DNA of 64,000 nucleotides from Hyalangium minutum (GTDB lineage: Bacteria; Myxococcota; Myxococcia; Myxococcales; Myxococcaceae), in assembly GCF_000737315.1 (NCBI RefSeq), contig NZ_JMCB01000009.1:1-64000 (forward strand), read 5' to 3'. Both the position numbers and the translations under genes were made by a program. The notes beneath the pieces were generated by a model. That model saw nothing but the letters and a program-made list of their open reading frames with translations. It did no database searches and was not told where the DNA came from. Below, piece after piece: positions 17,922 through 26,582 of this stretch. Within the stretch, counting starts at the first letter, position 1, and each line of letters begins with the position of its first letter.

Positions 17922-18557
17922 TCACTCGCCCGACAGCCGCTTCAGCCACCCCGCTACGAACTTCCCGACCTGCGGGAGATTCCTGTGGAAATTCGGGCCT
18001 GCGTCATCCACCACCTCCAGCTCTCCGTGCGCTGCCTCGCCCACCACCGCCGACAGGGCCGCCCGAGACATGCGCTTGTCCTCTTCACCCACCACCACGA
18101 GCAGCGAGCGATCCACCCGCACCAACTGCGCCAGCTCCACATCCGCAGGCGCGATCAGGCACACCCCACCGACTGACGGGTGCCGGGCCTGCAGCTCCAT
18201 CGCCACCTGAGCGCCTCCGTGGAGCGAGGCCACCGCGAGACTGGTGCTTTGCGCGTTCTCCAGCAGCACCCTCATGGCGGCCTCCGCGTCCTGGACGAGC
18301 GCGTCGCCCGTCCCACGCGAGCCCTGGCTGCCTCCGACACCCCGGTAGTTGAAACGGAGCGTGGGGAAGCCCGCAGTGGCCGCAGCCCAGGCCAGCTCGG
18401 CGGCAATCACGTGGTCCATGCCTCCGCCTTCCTCGGGCCGAGGCGACAGCACGAGCAACGGCGGCCGCTTCACGCCCCGGTGCGCCGTGCCCTCCATCAC
18501 CTCACGGCCGACGGGGATGAGCGTGGGCCGCTCGAGAAACTGCCCTTTGGTGACCAT
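17922..18557 (-). CDS. Alpha/beta-hydrolase fold protein with degenerate catalytic motifs
   Basis: GGGMDH...GFPTLRFNYRGVGGSQG family blocks; nucleophile elbow reads ASLHGG; start moved to MVTKGQF. Confidence 0.7.
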   Translation of the reverse strand: MVTKGQFLERPTLIPVGREVMEGTAHRGVKRPPLLVLSPRPEEGGGMDHVIAAELAWAAATAGFPTLRFNYRGVGGSQGSRGTGDALVQDAEAAMRVLLENAQSTSLAVASLHGGAQVAMELQARHPSVGGVCLIAPADVELAQLVRVDRSLLVVVGEEDKRMSRAALSAVVGEAAHGELEVVDDAGPNFHRNLPQVGKFVAGWLKRLSGE

Positions 18558-18801
18558 GCGAGGGGACCTTAATCCTCGGGAGCCCGGACGGCTTGAGACT
18601 CCGAACCGAGTCATTCAAGACCCATGAACATCCATTCAGCGGAATCGCGGATTCTGATCGCGAAATGATCGGAACGTGATCCAGCCGAGCCCGGCCGCCT
18701 GCTGCCGCCCTTCCGTCCTCCCGCGCTGCTCCCCGAGGCAAGAAAGTGAACAGGTCTGCTAGGCTGCCTGCCCACGCTTCCCCCCGCCTGGAGATCCATT
18801 G

Positions 18802-19224
18802 ATGATCCGTGAAGAAGCACAGCGCCTGGCGCAGGCGTTCCTGGCAGCCACAGAAAACCCCAACAGCCCGGGCCTCAACCCGCAGGGCTTTGGCGGTGTC
18901 GCCATCGAGGGCGCCCAGCTCTACTTCGAGTGGCACGACAAAGAGCAAGCGCTCGAGTGCAGCGCGCTCATCTACAAGTTCCGCGACGCCCCCAAGCCGG
19001 GCATCGTCGAGGGCTTCCAGGCCGAGCAGAAGGCTGGCACGGACACCGGCGGCGGCGCCGTGGACTACGAGCCGGAGAACAAGTCGCTCTTCCTGAGCCG
19101 CACGTACACGCAGGCCCCTCCGCAGACGGCCTTCATCGAGGACATGAAGCGGCTGATGAGGGCCAGCCTGGTCTGGGGTGACGAGGTCCTCGACCGCGTG
19201 GCCTCGAAGGTCTTCAAGACCTAG
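18802..19224 (+). CDS. CesT/Tir-chaperone-like (type III secretion chaperone fold) protein, copy 1
   Basis: 140 aa with an alpha-beta-beta-beta-alpha-beta-beta-alpha pattern ending in an amphipathic helix; GGAGA RBS 7 nt before ATG. Family call is from memory of similar myxobacterial proteins. Confidence 0.6.
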   Translation: MIREEAQRLAQAFLAATENPNSPGLNPQGFGGVAIEGAQLYFEWHDKEQALECSALIYKFRDAPKPGIVEGFQAEQKAGTDTGGGAVDYEPENKSLFLSRTYTQAPPQTAFIEDMKRLMRASLVWGDEVLDRVASKVFKT

Positions 19225-19325
19225 CCTCTGACGCCCTTAAAAACACCCAGGTGGAAACTTTCCCACGGCTGGGTGCGATAATTCCCACCAAGAGCATCAC
19301 ACCCCGACGATTTAGGAGTCCCCGA

Positions 19326-20288
19326 ATGAACCCGATCGAGCGCGGCCGGAACCTCATCAACCAGGTGCGCACCGGCGCCGAGAAGGCAGTCGACAAGGTA
19401 GAGACCGCGGTGGCGAAGACCGCGGACAAGGTGCACGACGTCGCCGTGGCCACGGGCAACAAGGTCCACAACGTGGTGGACGGCTTCGAGAACGCGGCCG
19501 TCGGCGGCGCCAAGGCCGTCCAGGGCTTCTTCGGCGGCGGCAACCAGCCGGACAAGGTGCATGACGGGCAGTTCGTGGGCGCTGGCGGGAAGACGTTCCC
19601 CCCCGGCACGCCGCTGAAGGACATCCCCGGCGTCACCCCGAAGAACAACCCGAACCCGTCCTCGACGATCGTCTACGTCAACGGCATCAACACCCCCAAG
19701 GACGCCCAGTTCAGCAGCCTCGAGTCCATCGCGGAGACGACGGGCTCGAAGGTGGTGGGCATCCACAACGCCACCGAGGGCATGGGCGCGGACCTGGCCC
19801 AGTGCGTGAAGGACAAGCTGGACAAGGGCACCAACCCGGCGGTGGATACGCTGGCGGACACGCTCTACAACGAGCTCAAGGCGGGCCGCAGCGTGCACGT
19901 GATGGCGCACAGCCAGGGTGGCCTGATCACCAGCCGCGCGTTGGGCCACGTGTACGACCGGCTGCGCTTGGAAGATGGGATGTCCAAGGAGCAGGCGCAG
20001 AAGACCATGAGCAAGCTGGAGGTGGAGACCTTCGGCGCTGCGGCCACGCGCTACCCGGACGGCCCGCAGTACGTGCACTACGTGAACCGCGGCGACCCGG
20101 TCCCGGGTCTCTTCGGCCTGGGCCCTGTCGCCGACAAGTGGAACCCGATCGCCGACGGTGGCAAGAACTCGCAGGTGCACCACTTCAACGACTTCAAGCT
20201 CAACCCGATCGCCGCTCACGGCTTCGAGTCCATCTACCTGAAGCACCGCGTGCCCTTCGACCAGGCTCGGGCTGGCAACTTCAACTGA
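19326..20288 (+). CDS. Lipase/phospholipase-like alpha/beta hydrolase, putative secreted effector
   Basis: VYVNGINT, AHSQGG nucleophile elbow, VETFGAA, VNRGDPVP (Asp) and AHGFESIY (His). No Sec signal; TAGGAG RBS before ATG 19326. Confidence 0.72.
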   Translation: MNPIERGRNLINQVRTGAEKAVDKVETAVAKTADKVHDVAVATGNKVHNVVDGFENAAVGGAKAVQGFFGGGNQPDKVHDGQFVGAGGKTFPPGTPLKDIPGVTPKNNPNPSSTIVYVNGINTPKDAQFSSLESIAETTGSKVVGIHNATEGMGADLAQCVKDKLDKGTNPAVDTLADTLYNELKAGRSVHVMAHSQGGLITSRALGHVYDRLRLEDGMSKEQAQKTMSKLEVETFGAAATRYPDGPQYVHYVNRGDPVPGLFGLGPVADKWNPIADGGKNSQVHHFNDFKLNPIAAHGFESIYLKHRVPFDQARAGNFN

Positions 20289-20289
20289 G

Positions 20290-20814
20290 ATGGCGACTGC
20301 CCCTCGAAGTGGACTGGCAGGCCTCCTGATGTCGTGGGTGGCCGGCCTGGCACCTGCAGCGGCCGAGGGCGCTCCCATGACCCGGGAGGCCGCCCAGCGG
20401 CTGGTGCAGATCTTCGTCCGGCCCGAGGCCAATCCGCAGAGCCCTGGACTCAACGCCGAGGGCTTTGGCGGGCTGGTGATGGGCGGGGCGCAGCTCTACT
20501 TCGAGTGGCATGAGGACACGAAGGCGCTGGAGTGCAGCGCCCTCGTGTACAAGTTCCATGAGCCGCCCAAGCCGGGCGTCATCGAGACCTTCCAAGCCGA
20601 GGAGAAGGAAGGCACGGACACCGGCGGCGGCACCGTGGACTACGAGCCCGAGAACCGCGGGCTCTACCTGAGCCGGACCTATACGCAGGTGCCGGAAGAG
20701 CGGGCCTTCACCAAGGACATGAAGAAGCTGATGAAGGCCAGCCTCAAGTGGAGCGACGAGGTGCTGGACCGCGTGGCGTCGCGCGTGTTCCACCCCGAGG
20801 AGCTCACCAAGTAG
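20290..20814 (+). CDS. CesT-like protein, copy 2, with a signal-peptide-like N-terminal extension
   Basis: 94 of 140 residues identical to copy 1 by hand alignment; ATG 1 nt after the lipase stop; alternative start at 20377. Confidence 0.6.
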   Translation: MATAPRSGLAGLLMSWVAGLAPAAAEGAPMTREAAQRLVQIFVRPEANPQSPGLNAEGFGGLVMGGAQLYFEWHEDTKALECSALVYKFHEPPKPGVIETFQAEEKEGTDTGGGTVDYEPENRGLYLSRTYTQVPEERAFTKDMKKLMKASLKWSDEVLDRVASRVFHPEELTK

Positions 20815-20842
20815 CTCCCCCTGCCCTCTTGAAGGCGCGGGC

Positions 20843-22039
20843 TCAGACCGAGGCCAGCACGTAGAACTTGAGGTACTTGCCCTCGGGGAACTGCAGCCGG
20901 ACCGGGTGATCCGGCGGCTGGTAGCGCTCCTCCACGAGGGCCAGATCCACACCGGCCTTGAAGCCCGCCTCGCGCACCGCGCCCATGAAGTCATCCGGGG
21001 TGACGCGCGCCGAGCACGAGGCCGTGGCCAGGAGCCCTCCGGGCCGCAGAATCCCGAGCGCCTGCCGGTTGAGCGAGGCGTACCCGTCGATCGCCGCCTG
21101 CACGGCCCGCTGGCTCTTCGCGAAGGCGGGCGGGTCCAGGATGATCAGATCGAAGGTCCGGCCCTCGTCCTTGAAGGACTGGATGATCTTGAAGACGTCC
21201 GCCGCGAGGAAGTCGTACTTCTCCGCCGGGAGCTTGTTGCGCGTGAAGTTCTCGCGGGCCAGCGCGATGGCCTCCGGGTCCAGGTCCACGGAGAAGACGC
21301 TCTTGGCCCCGCCCAGCGCCGCGTTCACCGAGAACCCGCCGCTGAACGAGAAGCAGTTCAGCACGTCCCGATCCTTCGCCAGCCGCCGGATGAGGTAGCG
21401 GTTCTCGCGCTGATCCAGGAAGAAGCCCGTCTTCTGTCCCCGCCATGCGTCCACCAGGAAGGTGGCGCCTCGCTCGCGGATGGGAATGAGCTCCGGCGCC
21501 GGAGACCCATGGAGCATCTTCCCGGAGCCGCGGCCCTCATCGTCCTCCACATCGTCGCGGGCGACCTCGTCCCGGCCGAGGATGCCCTTCAGATCCGGGA
21601 TGGCCTGCTTGAGCGCCTCGACGATCAGGTGCCGGTACGGAGTGAGCCCCGCCGAGTACAGCTTGAGCACCACGTAGCCTGCGTAGAGATCCGCCACCAC
21701 GCCGGGCAGACCATCGCCCTCACCATGGAGGAGGCGGAAGCTGTCCGTATCGGTGAGATCGATGAGGGACTTCCGCTCGGCCAGGGCCTGCTTCACGCGG
21801 CGGGCGACAAAGTCCGAGTCGATGTTCTCCCGGGGATCCCGCGTGAGCACGCGCACCGCGATGGCCGAGTGCGGATCGAAGTAGCCGCGGGCAACGAACT
21901 TCCCGCCCTCGGTCAGGTCCACCACACTGCCGGGAGGGATCTTCGGCACGTGCTCCAGCGCCTTGCGGAACACCCACGGGTGCCCCGCGCGCAAGTGACG
22001 GCCGAGTCCTCGGGCCAGTTCGAGTCTAACGACGTTCAC
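20843..22039 (-). CDS. rlmI: Class I SAM-dependent 23S rRNA m5C methyltransferase (RlmI-like)
   Basis: PUA-type GHPWVF, GEGDGLPG, GQKTGFFLDQRENR and IILDPPAFAK motifs. Confidence 0.88.
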   Translation of the reverse strand: MNVVRLELARGLGRHLRAGHPWVFRKALEHVPKIPPGSVVDLTEGGKFVARGYFDPHSAIAVRVLTRDPRENIDSDFVARRVKQALAERKSLIDLTDTDSFRLLHGEGDGLPGVVADLYAGYVVLKLYSAGLTPYRHLIVEALKQAIPDLKGILGRDEVARDDVEDDEGRGSGKMLHGSPAPELIPIRERGATFLVDAWRGQKTGFFLDQRENRYLIRRLAKDRDVLNCFSFSGGFSVNAALGGAKSVFSVDLDPEAIALARENFTRNKLPAEKYDFLAADVFKIIQSFKDEGRTFDLIILDPPAFAKSQRAVQAAIDGYASLNRQALGILRPGGLLATASCSARVTPDDFMGAVREAGFKAGVDLALVEERYQPPDHPVRLQFPEGKYLKFYVLASV

Positions 22040-22899
22040 AAGTCACTCCTGTTGGCCGGGCGGCGGCCGCGCTGGGCGAGGATGGCGCGGGCCAACTCTT
22101 CGAAGCCGCGCCCCTCGGCCGCCCGGGTGATGAAGGCTGGCGGCGCATCGATGCGGTCCAGCACGCCACGCACGTTGGCCACCCCCACACTGAGGGCAAA
22201 GGCCTGGAACATCGGGGCGTCGTTGAAAGAATCTCCGGCGTACACGCAGCGGCCGCTCTCGGGCGACAGGGACTCGCCCCAGGCCACCCGCGCGAAGCGC
22301 CGCGCCATGGACAGCTTGTCGAACCGTCCGATCCAGCAGTTGACGTGCACCGAAGAGCGCACCGCCGTCACGCCGCGAGCCCGCAGCAGCGCCTCGATGC
22401 GGCCGGCTGCCGCGTCCCCGAGCCGGACCTCCTCGTTGTAGTCGATGGCCAGATCCACCTCCGTGTACACGCTGTCCGAGGACAATCTGGCACCCGGCAC
22501 CTGCTTCAGCACCCGGAGCACCTCCGAGCGCAGCCGCTTCCGGTTTTCCACCCGCTCCGCTGGCGCCTCCGCATACACCCGGCGCAGCGCTCCGCTGGCG
22601 CCGCGCACGAAGAAGAGCCCGCCGTTCTCCACGATGACGCCGTCGACTGGGAGCGTGCGCGCCCAGGCCTCACCCCACCCCGCTGGCCGACCGCTGACGA
22701 GCACCACCCGGAGCCCTGCCTCGGACAGGCTCTCGAGCGCTCGGATCGTCTGGCTCCGCAGCTTGTGGCCCGTCGTGAGCGTGCCGTCCACGTCCGTGTA
22801 GACGCTCTCCACGCGCGAGAGCTCCGCCCGGCGCAGCGGCTGGGGCTCAGGGACTCGGCCGCTCGCACCCACGCCTCGGGAGGCAGGCGACCGCTTCAC
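22036..22899 (-). CDS. HAD-superfamily hydrolase, subfamily IIB
   Basis: Motif I YTDVDGTLT, VSGRP and AGDSFND; GTG at 22899 overlaps the upstream stop; ATGA-type overlap with rlmI. Confidence 0.85.
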   Translation of the reverse strand: MKRSPASRGVGASGRVPEPQPLRRAELSRVESVYTDVDGTLTTGHKLRSQTIRALESLSEAGLRVVLVSGRPAGWGEAWARTLPVDGVIVENGGLFFVRGASGALRRVYAEAPAERVENRKRLRSEVLRVLKQVPGARLSSDSVYTEVDLAIDYNEEVRLGDAAAGRIEALLRARGVTAVRSSVHVNCWIGRFDKLSMARRFARVAWGESLSPESGRCVYAGDSFNDAPMFQAFALSVGVANVRGVLDRIDAPPAFITRAAEGRGFEELARAILAQRGRRPANRSDL

Positions 22900-24020
22900 A
22901 TCAGCCCCAGGTTGGCCAACAGGCCCTGCAGCTGCTCCAGGGTCGCCCGCAGCTCTGGACCCGTCAGGGTGTTCAGCGAGGCCTTGCGAGCCTTGCGCAG
23001 GAAGGCGTCCATGTTCGACTCGCGCCCATAGAGGGACTGTCCAATGGCGGCGGCCTCGGCCAAGATCCTCGCGGCCGTGGCCGGATCCGAGTCCACCAGT
23101 CCCATCGCCCGCTCGAGCCGCACGCCACAGGCGGCCCACACCTCGCGGTCATTGAGGATGAGGACCTGCCGCTGGTTCACCGCGGACAGCGAGCGCACCA
23201 GGGTATCGAGCGCCTCCACCACCGCGACCAGCTCGTCCTTCGGCGGAGCGGCCATGGTGGCCAGGGGGCCCAGCCTGCCGCGAAGCTCGATGATGTGCCG
23301 CTTGTCCTGCGCCCGCAGCCCCCGGTAGGCCGCCGTCCGTCCGAAGGCGTCCAGCTCGTTCTGGGCCTGCTGCGCGTAGGCCTGCATGTCCGTGGGCCCC
23401 GCGTCGCGCACCTTGGCCAGGCGCACCGCGATGATGCGCCCCAGATCCGCCACGACGGCGCGCACCGTCATCGCCGCCTTCACCTCGGACTCGTAGCCCG
23501 GCACCGTCTCCTTCCGGGACACATCCCCGAAGACGCTGATGGACGAATAGACGAGGTTGCCGATGTGCTCGCGGAAGGCGGAGCGGAAGCGCTGCACCTC
23601 GGACAGCAGCGTCCACCGATCGGACACCACCGACGGGTTGCGCATGGCCTCGCCCAGCTGGGTAATCTCTTGGGCCAGCTGGGACATGGCCTCCTGCAGC
23701 ACGGCCGAGGACTCCTGGATCTTCCCCTGGGCCTTGGCCTGCACCGGGAACTGCTCGCGGATGACGTTGAGCAGCACGTTCACGTCCATCACGGTGTCCC
23801 GGATGACAGGAGCCATCTCCTCCCACAGGGACAGATCCGCACCCGACTCGGTGGAGTCGGTCTCGTACTTCACCAGGTCCATGTCGCTCAGCCGGGCAAT
23901 GGCCTGCGCGGCGGCGGTGTAGACCTGCCTCAGCCGCCCTGCGAACGCCGGGTCCGGCAGGGACTGCAGGAGCTGCTCGAGTCTCGGTGCGAGTGCAACA
24001 GGTGCGTTTTCGGCGGACAC
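22896..24020 (-). CDS. Hypothetical all-helical protein
   Basis: 374-aa ORF with host-like codon usage, coupled to the HAD gene; no motif recognised. Confidence 0.7.
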   Translation of the reverse strand: MSAENAPVALAPRLEQLLQSLPDPAFAGRLRQVYTAAAQAIARLSDMDLVKYETDSTESGADLSLWEEMAPVIRDTVMDVNVLLNVIREQFPVQAKAQGKIQESSAVLQEAMSQLAQEITQLGEAMRNPSVVSDRWTLLSEVQRFRSAFREHIGNLVYSSISVFGDVSRKETVPGYESEVKAAMTVRAVVADLGRIIAVRLAKVRDAGPTDMQAYAQQAQNELDAFGRTAAYRGLRAQDKRHIIELRGRLGPLATMAAPPKDELVAVVEALDTLVRSLSAVNQRQVLILNDREVWAACGVRLERAMGLVDSDPATAARILAEAAAIGQSLYGRESNMDAFLRKARKASLNTLTGPELRATLEQLQGLLANLGLM

Positions 24021-24125
24021 GGGGGCGCACTCTAGACCGATCCGGTGCCGACAGGTTCTCGACTTCTCGCGCTGTTGGTTCTAGCAATCACGAGTACACC
24101 GCCACTCCTGCTTGAGAGTTGCACC

Positions 24126-25073
24126 ATGAAGGTACAAGTCCGCGTTCACCACGAAGGCCGCACCCTGTCGGGCGGCGAGGAGCTGCTCGATCAGCCAGGC
24201 ACCAAGTGGATCGACGTGCTCGCTCCCACCGAGGAAGGACTCATGAAGCTGGCGGAGCGCTACGGCCTGCACAAGCTGGCCGTCGAGGACTGCCTCCACC
24301 TGGACCAGCGCCCCAAGCTGGAGGAGTACCCCCACCACCAGTTCATCGTGCTCCAGGGCTTCACGCCGGCCGGCAAGGACATCTGCGACCTGACCCTACA
24401 CGAGCATCATTTCTTCCTGGGACCGGACTGGCTGATCAGCGTGCACGAGTTCCCCTTCGACGCGCACGACGAGGTGCGCCGCCGGGTGGAGACCGATCCG
24501 CGAGGGACGATCGAGCGCGGGGTGGACTTCATCCTCTATCTGCTGGCGGACACGCTGATCGATCGGCAGTTCCCCATCATGGACACCTTCAACGATGAGC
24601 TGGAGGACCTGGAGGTGGCCATCTTCGAGCACGCGGAGAAGGAGCATTTGCAGCGCATCTTCGAGCTGAAGCGGATGCTGGTGTCGTTCCGGCGGGTGCT
24701 CTCTCCGCAGCGGGACGTGGTGGGGCTGCTGGCCCGGCGCGGCATCCTCCACATCCAGGAGAAGACCACGCTGTACTTCCGAGACGTGTACGATCACCTC
24801 GTGCGGCTGTACGAGCAGATCGACGGTGGGCGCGATCTGCTGGGCAACGCGATGGACGGTTACCTGTCCATGGTGGCCAACAAGACGAACGACATCACCA
24901 AGCAGCTCACCATCTTCGCGACGATCTTCCTGCCGCTGTCGTTCATCGTGGGATTCTTCGGACAGAACTTCGAGGAGATCCAAGGCAAGGAGTTCTACTA
25001 CGCGATGTGGGGGACGATTCTGCTGTTCCCCGTCGCGCTCATCATCTGGTTCAAGCGCAACCGGTGGATCTGA
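24126..25073 (+). CDS. corA: CorA/ZntB family divalent cation transporter
   Basis: LHKLAVEDC, RPKLEEY and FRDVYDHL blocks; two C-terminal TM helices with LPLSFIVGFFGQNF. Confidence 0.9.
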   Translation: MKVQVRVHHEGRTLSGGEELLDQPGTKWIDVLAPTEEGLMKLAERYGLHKLAVEDCLHLDQRPKLEEYPHHQFIVLQGFTPAGKDICDLTLHEHHFFLGPDWLISVHEFPFDAHDEVRRRVETDPRGTIERGVDFILYLLADTLIDRQFPIMDTFNDELEDLEVAIFEHAEKEHLQRIFELKRMLVSFRRVLSPQRDVVGLLARRGILHIQEKTTLYFRDVYDHLVRLYEQIDGGRDLLGNAMDGYLSMVANKTNDITKQLTIFATIFLPLSFIVGFFGQNFEEIQGKEFYYAMWGTILLFPVALIIWFKRNRWI

Positions 25074-25088
25074 GCCCCAGGAGGCCCT

Positions 25089-25877
25089 GTGCTGACCGTG
25101 ACCGTCGATGGCATTCCCCTGCACTACCAGGACGTGGGCCAGGGGCTGCCCGTGCTGTTGTTCCACGCCTTTCCGCTGAATGGCTCGGCGTTCGATGCGC
25201 AGGTGCGGGCGCTGTCGGGCCGCTACCGCTTCATCCTCCCGGACACTCGGGGCTTCGGCCAGAGCCAGCGGGGCAGCGGGCCCACGGAGATGTCACGGAT
25301 CGCCCAGGACGCGCTGGCGCTGCTGGACGCACTGAAGATCGACTCTGCGGTGGTGGGTGGCGTTTCCATGGGGGGCTACGCATCCATGGCACTGCTGCGC
25401 GAGGACGCGGGGCGCGTGCGTGGGCTGGTGCTGGTGGACACGCAGGCCACCGCAGACGACGAGGCGGGACGGGCCCGGCGCGAGACCTCGGCCCAGGAGG
25501 CCCTGGACAAGGGCGTGGAGCCGCTGGTGCAGACGCTGCTGCCCCGGCTGGTTCACACCGGCCCGGACTCGCCGGTGGGCCAGGAGGTCGCGGCGATGAT
25601 GCGGGCGGCGAATCCCCAGGCTGTGGCCGCCGCGCAGCGAGGCATGGCCCTGCGGCCCGACAGCAAGGACATCCTCGCGCGCTTCGCAGGGCCAGCGCTG
25701 GTGATCGTCGGCGAGCACGACGCCGTGACACCGGTGGAGAAGGCGAAGCAGATGGCCGGGCTCATCTCCGGAGCCCAGCTGGAGATCATCCCCGGCGCGG
25801 GCCACCTGTCGAACCAGGAGCAGCCGGAGCGCTTCAACGCGGTGCTCGACCGCTTCCTGGCGTCGCTACCCGGCTGA
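25089..25877 (+). CDS. Alpha/beta hydrolase (3-oxoadipate enol-lactonase-like)
   Basis: HAFP oxyanion segment, GVSMGG, GEHD and AGHLSN. Confidence 0.85.
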   Translation: MLTVTVDGIPLHYQDVGQGLPVLLFHAFPLNGSAFDAQVRALSGRYRFILPDTRGFGQSQRGSGPTEMSRIAQDALALLDALKIDSAVVGGVSMGGYASMALLREDAGRVRGLVLVDTQATADDEAGRARRETSAQEALDKGVEPLVQTLLPRLVHTGPDSPVGQEVAAMMRAANPQAVAAAQRGMALRPDSKDILARFAGPALVIVGEHDAVTPVEKAKQMAGLISGAQLEIIPGAGHLSNQEQPERFNAVLDRFLASLPG

Positions 25878-26492
25878 TCAGGAGCTCGGCCCGTCGGACT
25901 GGGGCGCCTTCACCACGATCGAAGTGAAGCTGCGCGTCCCATCCGCGCGAGTCACCTTCACCAGGTAGAGGCCCGGCTCCCAGTGGTGGGCCACCTCGAA
26001 GGAGAACGTCTGGCGCTCGGGGCACGAAGGGCTCGAGCATCGGGACGCCGTGGAGACCGTGTACGGGCCCCCGCTCCAGACCTTGAGGGCCCCCGTGCCG
26101 CCGTAGACGCCCAAGCGGAAGACCTCAGCGCGAACAGCCACACCCTCCCGGGTCGCGACCTTCACGGAGATCTGCTCTCCCGCCAGCGCGGCCTGTGTAG
26201 AAGGCGTCACCTGCAGCTCACCGGGACTGGCAGGCCGGCCAGTCCGCCAGGAAGGATCTCCCCGCTGCTTGCTGCCAACAGCACCGGACGCGGAGGCTGC
26301 AGGGGCGCTCGCGAACCGCACCGCCTGCTCAGGCACCTGAGGAACTTGCATGGCCGCAGTGGCCATTTTTACCGGCTGCCTTACGGCCTCCCTGTTCTCT
26401 ACTGGACGAACGGGAGCCTCCGCGCCGACGCCTCCTGCCCACAACCACGCCACAGCCCCCAGTCCCCACAGCCCCGGCCCGCCCATGCCCAC
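25878..26492 (-). CDS. Exported protein resembling the N-terminal Ig-like part of N,N-dimethylformamidase large-subunit-like proteins
   Basis: Signal peptide; GEQISVKV...EVFRLGVYGGTGA...WEPGLYLVKVTRADG...SIVVK pattern recognised from memory; no catalytic domain follows. Confidence 0.55.
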   Translation of the reverse strand: MGMGGPGLWGLGAVAWLWAGGVGAEAPVRPVENREAVRQPVKMATAAMQVPQVPEQAVRFASAPAASASGAVGSKQRGDPSWRTGRPASPGELQVTPSTQAALAGEQISVKVATREGVAVRAEVFRLGVYGGTGALKVWSGGPYTVSTASRCSSPSCPERQTFSFEVAHHWEPGLYLVKVTRADGTRSFTSIVVKAPQSDGPSS

Positions 26493-26582
26493 CCCCGACC
26501 ACCCAAACCGAAGGTAGACATAAGCAATCCGCCTGCCAACCGCCCGGCTCGGGAGCCACCAAGGCCCGCGGATGAGACGCGG

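Noticed and set aside
18747-18801. LLGC lipobox-like string upstream of CesT copy 1, suggesting a frameshifted lipoprotein signal
   Set aside because: It lies in a different frame directly after a TGA with no start codon, and copy 1 has its own good RBS. Most likely chance.
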